Shown here piece after piece: positions 63,377-64,000 of a stretch of 64,000 nt of DNA. Both the position numbers and the translations under genes were made by a program. The notes under the pieces are model-generated. The model saw only the letters and a program-made list of their open reading frames with translations. It did no database searches and was not told where the DNA came from. The DNA lies in contig LBUS01000004.1 of assembly GCA_000992695.1 (NCBI GenBank), positions 17,454-81,453 on the forward strand, in the 5' to 3' direction. Within the stretch, counting starts at the first letter, position 1; each line of letters starts with the position of its first letter. Source of the stretch: Candidatus Peregrinibacteria bacterium GW2011_GWF2_38_29. GTDB lineage: Bacteria; Patescibacteriota; Gracilibacteria; UBA1369; UBA12463.

Positions 63377-63595
63377 TTATTTTACGAATAAAATGGCCAC
63401 TGAAAGGCCTGCAAACAAAACCGCAAAAATAATTGTAGCAATAAAAAGAACTTTTTCAGCTCCTCTTTTTGTATGATAAGTCGAACCAGTGCCACCAAAT
63501 GACGCTCCAAGAGCGGCACCTCTTTGCTGAGACAAGATCGAAATCATGAGAAGGATTGAAACTACAATATGAGCGACTGATAAAATTGTTTTCAT
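63377..63595 (-). CDS. secG: Preprotein translocase subunit SecG
   Basis: 72 aa, two TM helices, LLMISILSQQRGAALGASFGG motif. Confidence 0.85.
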   Translation of the reverse strand: MKTILSVAHIVVSILLMISILSQQRGAALGASFGGTGSTYHTKRGAEKVLFIATIIFAVLFAGLSVAILFVK

Positions 63596-63597
63596 AA

Positions 63598-63975
63598 TTA
63601 ATCTTCTTTATGTGTAAATAAAATATGTTCAAACCAGTTTATAGCACCAAACGCAATCGAAGTCCACAGATAAGCACTTGTCGTTGCGATCGTAAAAGTA
63701 ACATCCTGAAATTGTGCAACCCCGATAATGTATTTCACAAGCCATAAAACAAAGATATTCAAAACGATTATAAAAAGTCCGGCTGTCAAAAATATAAAAG
63801 GCAAAGCAAGTATTTTTAAGAAAGGTTTAACTATTGCGTTCAAAAAAGCAAAAATAAGTCCGGCAATAAGAAAAAACTTCCATCCACCCGTATACGTAAC
63901 CTCTTTTATCAACAAAGTTGTCGCATAAAGCGCCAATCCATTGAGAAAAATATTTGTAATCGCTCTCTTTATCAT
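63598..63975 (-). CDS. DUF360 / phage-holin-4-like membrane protein
   Basis: LNAIVKPFLKILALPFIFLTAGLFIIVLN pattern typical of this family. 125 aa, 4 TM. Confidence 0.6.
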   Translation of the reverse strand: MIKRAITNIFLNGLALYATTLLIKEVTYTGGWKFFLIAGLIFAFLNAIVKPFLKILALPFIFLTAGLFIIVLNIFVLWLVKYIIGVAQFQDVTFTIATTSAYLWTSIAFGAINWFEHILFTHKED

Positions 63976-64000
63976 AATTTTTATTTTCTAATACTAATTT

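Noticed and set aside
1-64000. Alternative genetic code (UGA as a sense codon, as in some candidate phyla).
   Set aside because: Housekeeping ORFs are full-length under the standard code. TGA also terminates proteins at the expected C-terminus, for example thiI at 30697-30699.

Overview
This is an AT-rich (about one third G+C by eye), very gene-dense bacterial chromosomal segment. It reads cleanly with the standard code: ORFs are long and intact, and TAA, TAG and TGA all act as stops. I count about 60 protein genes and one tRNA-Leu(CAA). I saw no rRNA, CRISPR array, transposase or integrase.

Most genes are housekeeping:
- Translation and tRNA modification: cysS, tyrS, gatB, fmt, pth, tsf, rpsB, rplU, rplI, queA, thiI, a pseudouridine synthase and Elp3.
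- Cell envelope and division: murC, murJ, an FtsB-like protein, lepB, secG, and GT2, GT4 and TagA-like glycosyltransferases.
- DNA repair: uvrC, recG, ruvX, ssb.
- GTPases: der, obg.
- Metabolism: pgk, coaE, nrnA, and a complete riboflavin gene set split over two loci.

These are interleaved with large secreted or surface proteins, orphan solute-binding proteins and many small membrane proteins. The compactness, a T4SS-pilin-like gene plus a TraD/VirD4-like ATPase, and many SD-less genes suggest a small-genome, possibly Patescibacteria/CPR-like organism. That is inference only.

Most noteworthy observations:
1. An Elp3 gene sits head-to-head with a Trm9-like methyltransferase.
2. UvrC carries a roughly 150 aa GNAT-like insertion.
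3. An RsbW/RsbV-like partner-switching pair forms an operon with a PrsW-like protease. An RsbU-like phosphatase elsewhere is translationally coupled to a transporter-like HEAT-repeat membrane protein.
4. Two tandem paralogous secreted proteins are built from Cys-pair beta modules, each with its own near-consensus promoter.
5. Heptad-periodic A/C-rich leaders and a 46-nt dispersed repeat occur in intergenic DNA.
6. Extended -10 boxes recur 6-9 nt from start codons, implying leaderless mRNAs.
7. A G8 tract in an orphan gene looks like an on/off switch.
8. A T4SS coupling-protein-like gene is frameshifted.
9. A 528-nt non-coding gap lies next to a compositionally odd EF-hand-metallophosphoesterase gene, in a genome where convergent genes otherwise overlap.

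All family assignments are motif recognition by eye. No database search was run.
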